From: the human T2T-CHM13v2.0 reference genome, Homo sapiens
Length of the DNA: 64,000 nucleotides
Reading direction: 5' to 3' (one strand)
Assembly: GCF_009914755.1 (NCBI RefSeq)
Contig: NC_060939.1
Shown piece by piece: positions 40,588 to 54,361 of the stretch. The position numbers were made by a program, and so were the translations under genes. Under the pieces are notes generated by a model. That model was not told the DNA's origin. It did no database searches and worked only from the letters and a program-made list of their open reading frames with translations. Positions within the stretch are counted from its first letter, which is position 1, and each line of letters begins with the position of its first letter.

Positions 40588-40734
40588 TCTTTCCCCTTCC
40601 CTCAAGGGGCTCACAGCCTGTGGGAGAGGGAAAATAGATATAATTATATTTAAAGAATTATAAAACAAATTGTATAAATTTAAAATTATAATTAAATCAT
40701 TGTAATAATTTAGATCAGAAAAAATAAAGGCAAG

Positions 40735-40905
40735 TAAGTGCCAGGCATGGGGCTAAGCATTGTACTCACCCACTGTATTCCATGTTGTCTTCACAACGGC
40801 CTTATGAGGTTTGCTAGTATTGCCCCCATTTTACCAAGAAACTGAGGCTTAGAGCATTCAAGCTAGCCAAGGGCTAAGCCATGACTCAAACCCAGGTGTG
40901 TCTGA
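40735..40905 (-). mobile_element. MIR
   Basis: 'gtgccaggcatggggctaagc...tattgcccccattttaccaagaaactgaggcttagag'. Confidence 0.75.
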
Positions 40906-42231
40906 CTACGGCTGTTACTAAGAGGGGAAGGGAATCATCTGAACTTGGGTTTCACTCAGAAAGGGGCATGGTTTTGGTAACTTTGAAAACACTACCACCC
41001 TACCCTCTAGCACTGGCAGAGGGGAGCTGGACGCCTGGACAGCTGGGGAGGGGGAGGACGGCAGCCAGAAGCAACAGCCTCTGCAGTCCCAGCAGCTGGG
41101 ACCTCATGCCTCAACCAAGGATCAGCACTGGGTATTGGCTCAGAGTAGTGAAGGCTGCTGGGGGCCTGTGTTTCCTGCATTTCCTATGTTTATGCTGCCA
41201 GGGTGGGTTTTATGTGACCAGAGAGAAGCAGGGAAAATTGCTGAGAAGTCAGAGATCTGCCAGGGAATCAGTGATGAGCCCCAGGAAATGCTTTTTGTCT
41301 AAAAATATGCCATTTCCGAAAGGAAAACAGTCATTAGAGGGTGTGAGAAGCCCTCGTGGTGAGGAAAGCAAAACTGTAAGACTCAATGGGAGGCCAGTGG
41401 AACAACAGAGAAGCCCATTACCCACCCACTTCCTGTGCGATTAACAAGACGTTTGGAGGATGAAAGGCAAGCAGACAAAATGACAACCCACAGACACAAC
41501 TCCAGGGGAAATGTCTGGGGACAGCATAGGAAGACGCAGCAGGGAGGTAGGAGGAGAAAAAACTGCTCCAGTTAATATCTTTCTGGCATCGGCTGGTTCA
41601 GCTATAGATTTGGCTAAAATTACCTGTGTACTTACTAGACGCCAGGCAGTTAGGGGGCTTTGCTTAAATCACTCTCCTGCATTCTTCACACAGCACTTGA
41701 TGAAGGAGGAAAGTGAGTCTTGGAGGTTAAGTGACTTGTCCAAGGTTACACAGCTGGGAAGGGAGAAAGACATGGCTCCATCCCAGGTTCCCTGATCCCA
41801 AATCTCCCCCTCATTGCAATGTACCAAGCTGCCTCCAATAAGATCAAGAGTCTTGACGATCCCCAAGCTAGTCCACTCAGTCCAGTTTTCCTGCCAGACT
41901 ATAGCTGTTTTGCATTCCTTATCTTGTGTTGAAGCAAACCGGGTAAGGAAACTCCCCACCTTTTTTATTAATGACTCATTTTCAGCCAAAACACATTGCA
42001 GCCACATCAGGTACATGTGCCCACTCAGCAAAGACGTACTGTGAGAAAGTAACATCTAAGTTACTTGGTCCAAAGCCCTTCTACATCAATCATCAAGCAA
42101 CCAACCCTCCTTTGCTGAAATCTCCAGGGGACTAGGCCCTTTGGTGGGGGAAGAGGGGACGGTTTCTTCAGGGGCATCTCACCCCTGGGAAGTGCATCCT
42201 CTCTGCTGGGGGCAGTAAAAAGGCTTTACAT

Positions 42232-42523
42232 GGGCCACTGTGGCTCATGCCTGTAATCCCAACACTTTGGGGGCCCAAGCAGGGTGATTCACTTGAGCCC
42301 AGAAGTTTGAGACCAGCCGGGCAATATAAAGAGACCCCATCTCCACAAAAAAATACAAAATTTAGCTGGGCTTGATGGTCCCACCTGTGGTCCCACTTAC
42401 TTACTTGGGAGGCTGAGGCAAGAGGATCAGAAGGTCAAGGCTGCAGTGAGCCATGATTGCACCACTGCACTCAAACCTAGGCAACAGAGCTAGACCCTGT
42501 CTCAGGAAAAAAAAAAAAAAAAA
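42232..42523 (+). mobile_element. AluJ
   Basis: 'cacttgagcccagaagtttgagacc', 'aggctgcagtgagccatgattgc', A tail; partial TSD aggcttt. Confidence 0.92.
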
Positions 42524-43109
42524 GGAGGCTTTTCACGAATTTCACATTCCACCCTCCACCATCTTTGATGTAGGTAATTTATCAGCATTTTGTAGAGGAG
42601 GAAACAAGGTCTCCCCTACGTTGAGCCCAAATCAGTTTGACCTTGGGGAACACAGTGAGCATCCCTGCGTGGAGGTACGCAGGATCCCTGAGGGTGACAA
42701 CCTTCGAGGTCGTTCCCTGGCCTCTCTGCCCAGGGTGAGCATCCTCAGAGACCTCAGCTCTCCTCTCAGCATGCAATTCTCCTCCACTCATGGCCCTCCC
42801 AGCTGCCCCTGGCTTCTCAAAGCTACTCCTGCATGGAGGCAAGTACAACTAGCCAATGAGCCTCCTGACCTGCCCCATCCCAGAGAGCAACTGCTGCTAG
42901 GTCCTCGTGGATTCTGGGCCTCTGTCCAGTGACCAAAGGAGAGGACACATCTCCAGCTACCATCCCTCCACCTATTTTCTAAGGAAACCAATGAGTTCTC
43001 AAATGCCACCTGTGGTGGCCCCTTCTCAGCCCTCACCCTGAGAGGCCTTCCCCAAGTCAGAATTTCCCACAGGGGAAGTTACTGTGGGCTTCTCTCTCCT
43101 TCCCCCACC

Positions 43110-43710
43110 TCATGTGGTCAGGAAGTCCAGCTGGCTTTTTCTCCTGTCTGTCTCTCAAATGTGTCCCCTGGCTCCCCTCCATTGCCACTGCCCTCTTCAG
43201 TGTCTGGCCTGTGCTCCTACAACAACAGGCTTGAAGCTGGCTGCCCTCTCCCCTCCATCTTCCACACCATAATCCAGGTGATCCTTCTAAGAGGCAAAGG
43301 TAATCATGTTTCTTCCCTGCTCAAGATCTGTCAAAAGATTCTGTGGCCTCCATAGAAAAGGCAGACAGCCCGGCCACCCAGGCCCTTCACCATCTGCCTC
43401 TTGACCATCTCCAGTGTCCTGCAGTGTCCTGAATATACCTTTTCCCTGCCTCTGCCCAACACACTCCCGTTCTTTCAACACCCAACTCAACTATTACCTT
43501 CTCTCCATCAGATCTTCCCTGAACCACCCCCCAGAAACAAAGGTGAGTGTCCCCTCTGGTTCCCCACAGCCACCCCACCACTTACCCCTGTGCTCAGGCA
43601 CTCCTGGAGCACTGCATTGCAACCATTGGCTCACACATCTGTCTCTACCAGCAAACCACTAAACCGTGAATAAGTGGCTTCCTGAGCCAGGCCTTGTGCA
43701 ATGAATGGAT
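43110..43710 (+). mobile_element. L2 fragments
   Basis: 'tccacaccataatccaggtgatccttctaa..atcatgtttcttccctgctcaagatc', 'caactcaactattaccttctc'. Confidence 0.6.
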
Positions 43711-46164
43711 TTGCAACAAAGGGAGCCACTGAGAGATTACATGAGCCAAGTCATGGCAATTAGTCCCCATGGAAGCAGCAGCTCAGGGCAGGGTCCAGAC
43801 TTGGGCAGACTTAACTATGCAGGACATTCCATTAACAATAAGCACCACTCTGAGCATTTCCTATGTGCCAGGAACTACGTGAAGCTCTAGATTCTGTCAT
43901 TAGAAAGGACTGAGTTAATTAATGGAAAGCAGGTAGCACAGTGCCTGACACAGTATAAGCACTGAACACACGTTAGCAAGAAAAGTGACAGATCATTTAC
44001 GGGATGGTTCTTACACCAGGCAGCGTGCCAAGCACAGTCCATACATTGTCTCACTCTTCATGACAACCTTAGGAAGAGAGCAGTCCTGTTTGTCCCCATT
44101 TTACAGAAAAAGATACTGAGTCTTGGCTAGGCTAAGCGATCTGCTCAAAGTCTTCAGCTCGGAAGTAGTGGATTTGGTCTTCCATCCCCAGTCCATCTGC
44201 TCTGGCACCCAGGTTCTCAGAGTCTCTGGTACAGCAGGGTGCCAAAGTCCAGTTGAGAAGAAAGCAGGCCAGGTTTTTCAGGCACAGCCTGATGAAATAT
44301 CCAGGGGAAACACATGGGACTAGCAGGCTTCTTTTTCTGTCCCATTTAGTCTAATATCACATTTAACACACCATCCTCTAAGGGACAGAAGTCACAGGAA
44401 GCCATGCAGTCTGGTTCCTCCTGATTTCTCCTGTGTGCCACATAGTTATGCTTCCTTCTGGGAAGGTGTGAGTTGGAGTCAGTCCCCTCCTGCATGCAGC
44501 TGGGGAAACTGAAGCCAACACCATTTTAGTTACTCACATGGAGCTAAGACAATCATACAAAACTCAGGCATGGGGTCAGCCCACCAGCAGTGTGGACCTC
44601 ACCCTGCCGGCTGCGTTCCAAATGACAGTGGCATGGTGCCACAGAAAAAACATGAGGTGTGCAGCTGGACCCCCAGAAGCCCTGACTCTGCCAGGTGCTA
44701 GCTCTGGGACATCTTGGGCAAGCCATTTGGCCCGAGTCTTTTTCCCCACCTATGAAACAAGCCAGAGAGCTCATTCCTCACAAGGCTGTGGTCAGAATGT
44801 GCCTCTGTACTTGAGAAGCTGTAAAATGTTCCTCAGTTGCTGCCCTTAGTAGGGAGCTCAGAGGAAAGCTAGTTTTGCCTGTGCGTTTCTGTCGGATTGC
44901 CCTGTACCCAGGGCACGTCCTGCTCTCTGACAACAATCAGGGTCATTCTAACTCAAATCAAACAACCTGGTCTCAGAACTGGTCTTGCACCACCATGGTG
45001 TTAAGCTGCCTTCCCACTTCATCCATGTTTGCTAAGCCGGGTGGGATCTTTCCCCTACAAACTCCTATAGGCGGCCACATTTTTCTTTTAAAGATATTTT
45101 CCCTTCGACTATAGTCCACAGGCATCAGAGGATGAAGCTAGCAGGTTGTCTGTATGTAGACTTTCTTCCAGGGAGGAAAGCAGCTTTGCTATCTCCTACC
45201 TTTTTAAACAAAATCTGCCTTGATTTTGTCTGCCAAGATATGTCTTTGGATGGGGTAAAGCACTTCTGAGGGAAGCTACGTGAGCCACGTTGTAGCTGGA
45301 GAGAGAATTGAAAGAGGAAGCCGAGCTGAGACCACCACAGTTCCGGGGCTGGAGCCCAGCTTTGCAGAATGCCTGCATAGCAGTTTGACCCCAACAGATG
45401 AGGCTGTTAGGGACAGAAATGAAAAGCACTGAGAGAGGGGAAGTGTGGGTGGAGCTTATGGACATTCTATGAGCCAAAGCAATTTTGAAGTCTAATCATT
45501 TGGAGGGAAAATATTTGTCATGTCATTTTAAAGGGTACAAAACAACACAGAGGAAAATGAAAGGGTTAGAAAATAATTGGAGCGCTTCTCCCTTTACCCT
45601 TGTAGAAGACAGCTCTCCGGTTTTCAGCTCCACTCATTCTGTCCTCCATTGGAAGCTCCCCCAGTGTCTTAGAGATGGATGATGTAAAAGTTAGAAAATG
45701 CCTGTGTTTCCTGCTTGCCTTAATTTAAGAAACTGCTTGACTGAAAAGTGACTGAATTTCATTTATAGGATAAAATACTTGATCTCCAGGGAAGCCAGGC
45801 CTCAATAGATGGATTTTTACCATGTCACTTCCCCCTAGACCTGTGGGAACTGACCTGAGTCTTGGGGAAAATTTGAGCCACATGGCAGTCCGCAGGTGCC
45901 CACAAGTCCCTCTATGATCTGAGTACCTGTCTTCCCAGTCTCATCTCACCTCCCTCCTCTCCAGCCAGGGGGACGTGCACCCTATACCCACCCCATGCAC
46001 ACCTGTCCCAGGCTCTGGCTTTCAGCTCCTACCCCAGAAATGCCCACCTCCCCCCATAGCTCAGTGTACCCAAGCTTGGCCCATCCTAAAGCCATCTCTG
46101 ATAACTCCACCACAACCTGTCTTGGTCCAAGCTGGAAGTGATGAGTGAACTCTCAGAATAAATA

Positions 46165-46700
<536 letters not shown>

Positions 46701-48260
46701 AAGAGCACCTTGAGCTACTAGAACTACTGCACGCTTGTTTTGTAACATTTACAGAACTATAGTTCAGTGGGCAAAGGCCATGCATGATTCTTCACACCTC
46801 CCACAATACTGAGCCACCAGCAATCAATGCATGAATAAATGAATGAATGAGAAAATACCCACAGACTAGAGAGTTATGGCAACTTTTACAAACATTAAAA
46901 GGATGCCATGTCAACAAAAACACATTAAGCACCAACCGTGTGGTCCACATTCTGACGGGCTCTAGGCCTCGGAGTTGAAGCCAGGGTCCACTGGACTTTC
47001 AGATGTTCAATGAATTCCCACTTTCCAACCTAGAAGACAGTCTTCTATCGAGGACTGCTTTTCAGTCTCCTAGCTGCTGCTTTGTTCATTATTGCTCAGC
47101 AAACAGTGTGATTTATGCATGAGACACACACCTTAAGATGCAATGTAGTTCTTCCAACTGTCATAACTACTAAATTGAATTGAATGGCAATCTACTGGTA
47201 GCTCAACCTCTGCAGGAAAAAATAATCAGCCTGAAAATAATCAATGCAATAGCACTGTAGTGACACTGTCGAAAACTGTACAAACAGTAGGAAAGGTAAT
47301 GTTGTGACTGTCATTTATTAATGCAGAGTTCTAGTGTTCCTAAGATAAAGATCATTGAAATGTGAAGCGCATTTGTCCAAACAGAATTTCTAATAAATAC
47401 CTTTGATTGTTCCTTTGTCTCTATCCTTTACTAAAGTCAGGCAATTAGCAGTGTTTGCAATATTACAGGCAAATGAAATTGGGTCTCTGCCTGGTCCGCC
47501 TACAGAGGACTTCTATAGCAATAAAAATAATCAACTGGATTCTTCGTTTTCTGCTGGGTCCATGTGATTTCCTTAATAATGTCAATGCAGATTGTAATTT
47601 GTAGGAAAAAAATACTGCTTGCATCAGGCATGAAATTTAAGACCACAGAAATGCCATCTTTTCTTACAGAATTGTTTTGTTACAAGGGTATGTGGCTTGG
47701 ACGATTAGAAGAGACCTCAGGTGTGGTGCCCAATTCATCTTTCATAGACCAATATTTTGTTTCCCAAATGTGCCTTGTACATTTCTCCAATACCTTCACT
47801 CTCTAGCTGTTGGTGAGGGAAAGGACAAAAATTAGAGTCATAAAATCACCATTAACCCCCCAGCTTGACCACTCACTAGCTAGTCATTTAGGCTCCGTGG
47901 GCCTCAGTTTGCTTCTCTGTAAAATGAGGCAGAAAACTATGAAAGTGCCTCCAATCTAAGTTCCCCAGGCTCCTAAGACAAGGCCTGGCCCATAGAAGGC
48001 ACACAGTACATGTTGCTTGAGCAAATAAGTCAGTTTCTTGTATGGTATCTGGCATGTGATCAGCATAATTAATGGTTGCTTAAAAATTAACAGTCTGTTC
48101 CCCACCAGTAACATTCATCTTCTTCCTCTTGGCCTGGTGAAATCTTACGCATTCTTCAAAGCTAACATCACATTCTGCTTTGTCTGAGAAACCTTCCCAA
48201 GACCACACCAACTAGAAGTGATCTATCTCCCTAAACTCCTAAGACATGTGTTGTCCATAA

Positions 48261-48588
<328 letters not shown>

Positions 48589-48606
48589 TATAAGTTTCAT
48601 TTAAAA

Positions 48607-48825
48607 CAAGCTTGTCCAACCTTCAGCCCAGGACTGCCTTGGTCCAGAAGCTTTGAATGCAGCCCAACACAAATTCATAAACTTTCTTGAAACGTTATGA
48701 GATTTTTTCATGATTTTCTTTTTGTAGCTTATCAGCTACCGTTAGTTTTAGTGTATTTTATGTGTGGCCCAAGACAATTCTTCTTCCAATGTGGCCCAGG
48801 GAAGCCAAAAGATTGGACTGTCCTG
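48607..48825. mobile_element. MER30 (hAT-Charlie), full length
   Basis: 'caagcttgtccaacc...gcagcccaacacaaattcataaactttctt...gtggcccagggaagccaaaagattggactgtcctg'. The 8-bp TSD atttaaaa/atttagaa matches at 7/8. Confidence 0.92.
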
Positions 48826-49299
48826 ATTTAGAACTTGGGACTCATGGCCTTGTACTGTAGGTTCCCCTCTCAAAGGATTTCTTAGCTGTTCAGTTATGTC
48901 ACAAGCTTCTCGGAGGCAGGTCCAGAGACTTCGGTTCCTGGTGATTTAAACAGCCCCTAGTCAAGAGCATGGCACACAACAGATGTTCCATAAGCATCCA
49001 CAGATTGACTGGGGGAAATGTCCAATTCCCATGGAGATGGTCAGATGCCCTGGAGAGGCCACAGTGATTACAAGCCCTACAGCCCTCCATGGGATACACT
49101 GGGCCAAAGACACTGGTACAGAAGACTTGTCTTCTGTAGAAAGTTTGCTCCATTTCGCTAAATATCTTCCCATTTGTAAGGAAACTGATATCCTCATGAC
49201 TTGTGGTGGGAGGGAAATTGTACAACCTCTTCAGGGGACAGAGTGACAATGACTCTCAAAGTTTAAATGCACATACAATTTTAAAAGATTAAAAAAACC

Positions 49300-50290
49300 A
49301 TAAATGTCCTTTGACACAGTAATTGCACTTATAAATGTTTATCTCACAGACTGACCTACACATGTATGAGAAAAGTCATTGAGAAGATTCACTTTTGGGT
49401 TATCTGTAGTAGCAAAAGACTGGAAACAAATGTCTATCAACAGGTAACTGGATAAATAAATCAGGATATATCCATGTAGAAGAACACTATGCAGCCTTTT
49501 AAAAGACTGAAGTTGGCCAGGCACGACAGCTCACACCTGTACTCCCAGCACTTTGAGACTGAGGCAGGCAGATCACCTGAGGTCAGGAGTTCAAGACCAG
49601 CTTGGCCAACATGGCAAAACCCCATCTCTTCTAAAAAAATATAAAAATTAGCCAGGCCTGGCACCTGTAACCCCAGCTACTCGAGAGGCTGAGGCAGGGA
49701 GAATTGCTTGAACCTGGGAGGCAGAGGTTACGGTGAGCCGAGATCGGGCCACTGCACTCCAGCCTGGCCAGCAGAGCGAGACTCCATCTCTAAATAAATA
49801 GATAGAATAAAGTAGAAATGTATGTACTTGTGTAGAATATTCTCCAAGATATAAGTGAAAAGACAAGGTGCCAACCAGTATGCATGGCTTCATCCAGCTT
49901 ATGTAAAAAGGGAGATGTACACATGTGCACTTGTATGTGCCTATCCTGTCTCCAGAACAATAGCAACGGCTGACTTGGGGCAGCAGGGAAAGAGCCTGGG
50001 GTCAGAAGCAGGAGGAGACTTGTCACTATATTCGGTATTCTCATTCATATGGACTAAATTTTTTAGCAAGTGCATGCATTATCTTTCTTTTAAATTTTAA
50101 CTTTATTTTTAATCAGATGATGAAGTCACATGCACAAAATCATGAAAGGTACAAAATGGTACATGGTAAAACGTCTTCCTCCCAGCCCTGTCCCCAGCCA
50201 CCCAGTTTCCAGCCTAGAGACACCTAATAGGAACCCTTTCCTCTGCCCTTTTTAGAGACAGTCCATGCATTGCAGAGATTTTCTTTTAAA
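49300..50290. mobile_element. Old L1ME fragments, interrupted by an Alu
   Basis: 'tgtagtagcaaaagactggaaacaa...aactggataaataaatcaggatatatccatgta..acactatgcagcc', 'ctccaagatataagtgaaaa'. Confidence 0.65.
49515..49800 (+). mobile_element. AluSx-like
   Basis: Dimer ggccaggcacg...gagactccatctc followed by a (TAAA) tail. Confidence 0.93.
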
Positions 50291-52454
50291 ATAATCACAA
50301 TGAAGTGAACTGGGAGAAAGCTTCCATTGACCTCACCACCCTCTCCAGCTCATGCTCTGTTCTCCAGAGCCAAGCTTTCACACAGGGTTGTCTACGTGTA
50401 TGGAGTGGTGAAAAGAGTTCCTTGGGCTTTGGAGTCAGACAAACCTGAGTCTTCAATAGTTGACCTAACCTCTCTAGGTCTTATGGCTTCATCCATAAAA
50501 TGGACAATTCATACCTGGCTCTTAGGTTGTTATAAGGGTAAGAAACAGTCCATGAAAAGCATATGGGTCACTTAGCCACAGCCACTCTAAATTTCTGGGC
50601 ACCAGCACCCTCCATGGCTGGGACCAATCCTCACTGAGCAGTGTTCCTGGACACAGCCAGAGACCCCAAGACCCCTGGATGTCCCCCTAATCCCCTGAGA
50701 AGTACATCCTGTATTTCTGAGGTAACATTTTACGGTAAACTTCTACAGCAAGCAAAAAACCTTAAGGAGCTCATGATCAAGACCAGTCCTCCCTGGGTTT
50801 GGGGGCTTTTGAAAGGGCCCAGGTTTAGACATCAGGAAACCTGTATTTGAGGCCTGACTCTGCCATTAACTGAGCCTCCTGGAGTGATTCGCTTCTCATC
50901 CCAAGCCTTGCACAGACTGGGTGGTGATTCCTGAGGCCCAGAACCTGGCCAGCCTTATAGCGTCAGTCAGGGATGTGTTAGTGGAGCCCTTCACTCAGCG
51001 AAAGCATAGCTGGCTGAGTCTCTAGACAGAGAGTGTGTTGTTCAGGCTAAACTATCTCCCTACCATGGACATAAAATGACATGGGTATAGAACACACTAA
51101 ATTCTTCAAGGTAACAAATTTAAATTCTTCAAAAAGGGAGTGGCTATTTAAAATATCTCTAGTTCATTTTTAGCATTACTGAAATTCAATGTAAATCACA
51201 GTGGCCATATAGAGTTGACATATAACCCTCCCTCTGTCAAACACCAGGTTACTAAAGTCACAGGGATTAAGAAATGACCCTTGGTAACAAAAGTTACCAA
51301 TGTAGACCAGTTATGTGGCAGGTGGGGAGAGCTATTCTAAGGTTCCTTCTAACTCCAAGGGGCTCAGATCGGATATTTGGCAAGTAAGCAATTGGCACAC
51401 TGACCCTGCAGTTTACAAAGTGATTCCTACGATCCTGAGGGTAGAAGAAGATTTTGCTCCTGGCAGAGGTTTTGCAGGATGTGGGTGGGGTTGGAGAGGA
51501 GGCTGCTGTGAGGGTAGAAGGGGGTAACCTCTGTCCCTTCACCATGTTTATCTTGCCATATCACCATCCAGCATTCACAGTCCATTGCCCAAAATAAACC
51601 ACAGATACAAAGTAGAAAGATACTTCATCTATTTTCTAAGTAAATCTAGGAAGTTAAAGATCACAGCTGTCTCCAAGACCATGCCCGTTGAGTAAAAATA
51701 TCTCTTGGCAAGTTGTCCTACATCAATTTTTTTTAATGAGACCTCTTTTTTCCTACCTAGTATTGATAATTTAATAGCTCTGCAAAAAGTGCTTCTGAAG
51801 CAAGAAAACTTAGTATTTTCTAATTTATTCTCTGGGAGATTTGACTGCTAATCAAATATCTTAATTCCCTCCATACTTAAAGGGGGCATTTTAAAGTGAC
51901 TTTCCCAGCCGTTCCAAATTACTTCTTGAGGTTTATTGTTTGCTTTTAAATTTATGTCCAACATGGGCTCTCTTCTTGGGGACTGAGCTGTTTCAGAAAA
52001 TGATGGAAATTTGGGGTGAATCTACCAACAGTGTTCAGTCTTTCCAAAAAGACAGTTCATTAAAAGCTGAAAGGTTTGACCCTCTGGCTCTATCTTTTTG
52101 GCCTAACATCCTAACACAGGTGTGGACAGGGTCAAGCATGCAGGCCTGTCTCTGATACCTGGTTATAGCAAGGCTGTCCTTGGCATTTCACCTCCACCTC
52201 TTCTGCATCATACATTGTTTATTTTCACCTCATTATTCCATTCCTACTCCATTTGGTGATAATCCACTGTGTGCTAGGCACCCTTCTGGGCACCAGCATA
52301 TAGAAAAATGCCTTAGCATTCGTCCCTGCCCTCAAAAGGGCCTTGGGATCAAGAAGAAGTGGACACGAGCACATCTGACTAAACACAACATCATGGAGGG
52401 TGTATCCAGGATATGAGCAAAATGCTCAGAGACAACTCTTTTTATTTACGTCAC

Positions 52455-52700
52455 AAATGCTTCTACAGCACCTACTATGGGCCAGGCATCATGCTAATAA
52501 GGGCTTTACCAATATTAATTCATTTAATCCTCACAGCAACCCACTGAGATGAATACTATTCTTATCCTTTGGTACTGTGGGGAAACTGAGGCACAGAGCA
52601 GGGAAATAACTTGCCCAAGGTTACACAGCCAGTCAGCTCCAGGTGGGGCTCATGGGGCATGGGCCCTGGAGCCCACACACTCTGACTCCAGGGCCCACAC
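52455..52700 (-). mobile_element. MIR
   Basis: 'attaattcatttaatcctcacagcaacc...gggaaactgaggcacagag...aacttgcccaaggttacacagc'. Confidence 0.85.
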
Positions 52701-52779
52701 TGCCTCACAACACACTTTCTCGCCAAATTCAGAGACACATAACTAAAACCACTTACAAATGGAGTATGCCAACTGAGAA

Positions 52780-53350
52780 TGCTACAGAACACATTGAGGA
52801 AGTGACATTTACACTAAAATCTGAATGATGAACAGGAGTTAACTAGACTAACAGGGGAGGAAGTGGGTTGCAAGCCGTGGTTCTGGGTGGGGAAGGAGTG
52901 CAATGTGTTCCAGGAACTCACCAAGGCCACCAGAAAAGGAGGGTGGAAAAGAAGGAAGAAAACAGCTCAAGAAGAGGCTAAAACATGAGCAGCAACCATA
53001 GCATTCAGCACCCTCACTACAGGCCAAGGGTCATTCCGTAGTTGGGTTCCGCAAGAATGATAGGAACCTAACAGCTTTGGCAGGGGTAATAGCATCAGTT
53101 ATGCATCATCCACTGATCACTTGGGCTGACATGTAGAATGCATTGGAAGAGGACGGCGGGGTTAAGCAGGGAGACCCCGGGGGAGGCAGCAGCAAGGAGA
53201 GAGTTGATACTCCCTTGGATGGGCTGGAGGTGGATAAAAATGGATTCAAGCGAGTTTTAGGAGACAGTATCAACATGTTATGCTGCATGTTTGCTTATGA
53301 TGGGTGAGGAGAGGGAGGAGTCAATGGTGGCTCTGAAGATTCTAGGTATT
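52780..53350 (-). mobile_element. L2 fragments
   Basis: 'gaggaagtgacatttacactaaaatctgaatgatgaacaggagttaactag', 'gagagggaggagtcaatggtggctctgaagattctagg'. Confidence 0.6.
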
Positions 53351-54249
53351 CACAGGGTCGGGAAGCACTTGTTTGTCACAGGTTTGTTGGGTGCCGGAGG
53401 GGAAGAAAGTCCCGTGCAACAGCCACATGCAATGTTCATCACTCCCCTGGCTCTCAGGCTGCTTCAGGGCTCCAGACCCTCGCACGTGCTGATCTCGGGC
53501 TAAGGGCTGTTTCCTTCCTTCGACTGAAGACCTTTCATACTGTAAGATTCAGCTTGAAAGTCTCTCCCTCCATACACATCACACGCTGACACTGGACCAG
53601 GCACTTATTTGGATCTCACAACATCTCTGCAAAGAAGATATTGCTATGCCTGTTTTACAGACTACTGAGAATCAGAGAAGTTCCAAAGCTGCCCTGTCAT
53701 TTGTGGCATAAGCGAGAGAGCCCACTGACATCCCAGCGCTGCCTTCCCAGCCACACTGAGGGAGAGGTGGGCTTGGCCCTTGAGGCCCCTTCTTCTCAAA
53801 GGCATTGAGGTTACTTTCCATGTAGATTACGGTTGAGAACAATGAGAACTTCTGGAGCACATTCTGTGGGCTGTGTGAGGACGTCGGCAAGGGAACAGAC
53901 TAAGATGGCTAGAAAATGCCCCTCTTTCATCTCTAGAATTCATCTAGTGAAGCACTTCCCAAGCCTCAGGTATCCAGGGTCTCCCTGTTCTTCCTAGAAG
54001 TAGGTTCCAGTGAACAGAAAGCCCACAGCATAACTAAGAAAAAGCTGTGTGTCTCTACCATGCTGGTGAATCCATGCTGCTCCTTGACCTGCCACTCCTT
54101 GACATGGACGGCTCTATTCTAACAGTGCCACTCTCTCATGTCACTGTCCCTCTGCCTGGTTCCTCCTCCTCTCTTATCTGCCTGGAGAGTCCCACTCCTT
54201 GGATGAGTCTCACCCAGAGCATCCCTCCCCCATCTCCTCAGGCTGGGTG

Positions 54250-54361
54250 TAGGGTGACCAGCTGTCCTAGTATGACTGGGCCTAACGGATGTTCTGGTTT
54301 GTGGGACTTTGGGTGGTATATCAGCTCAATCCCATGCAAACCAGGATGGTTGGTCACCCTA
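54250..54361. mobile_element. MER81 (hAT-Blackjack MITE), full length
   Basis: Perfect 11-bp TIRs TAGGGTGACCA...TGGTCACCCTA; 112 bp long. Confidence 0.88.

Noticed and set aside
44721-44730. agccatttgg, resembling the expected start of LIPC exon 2 (E-P-F-G)
   Set aside because: There is no acceptor before it, the sequence does not continue as RRAQAV, and it lies in a MIR-like stretch.
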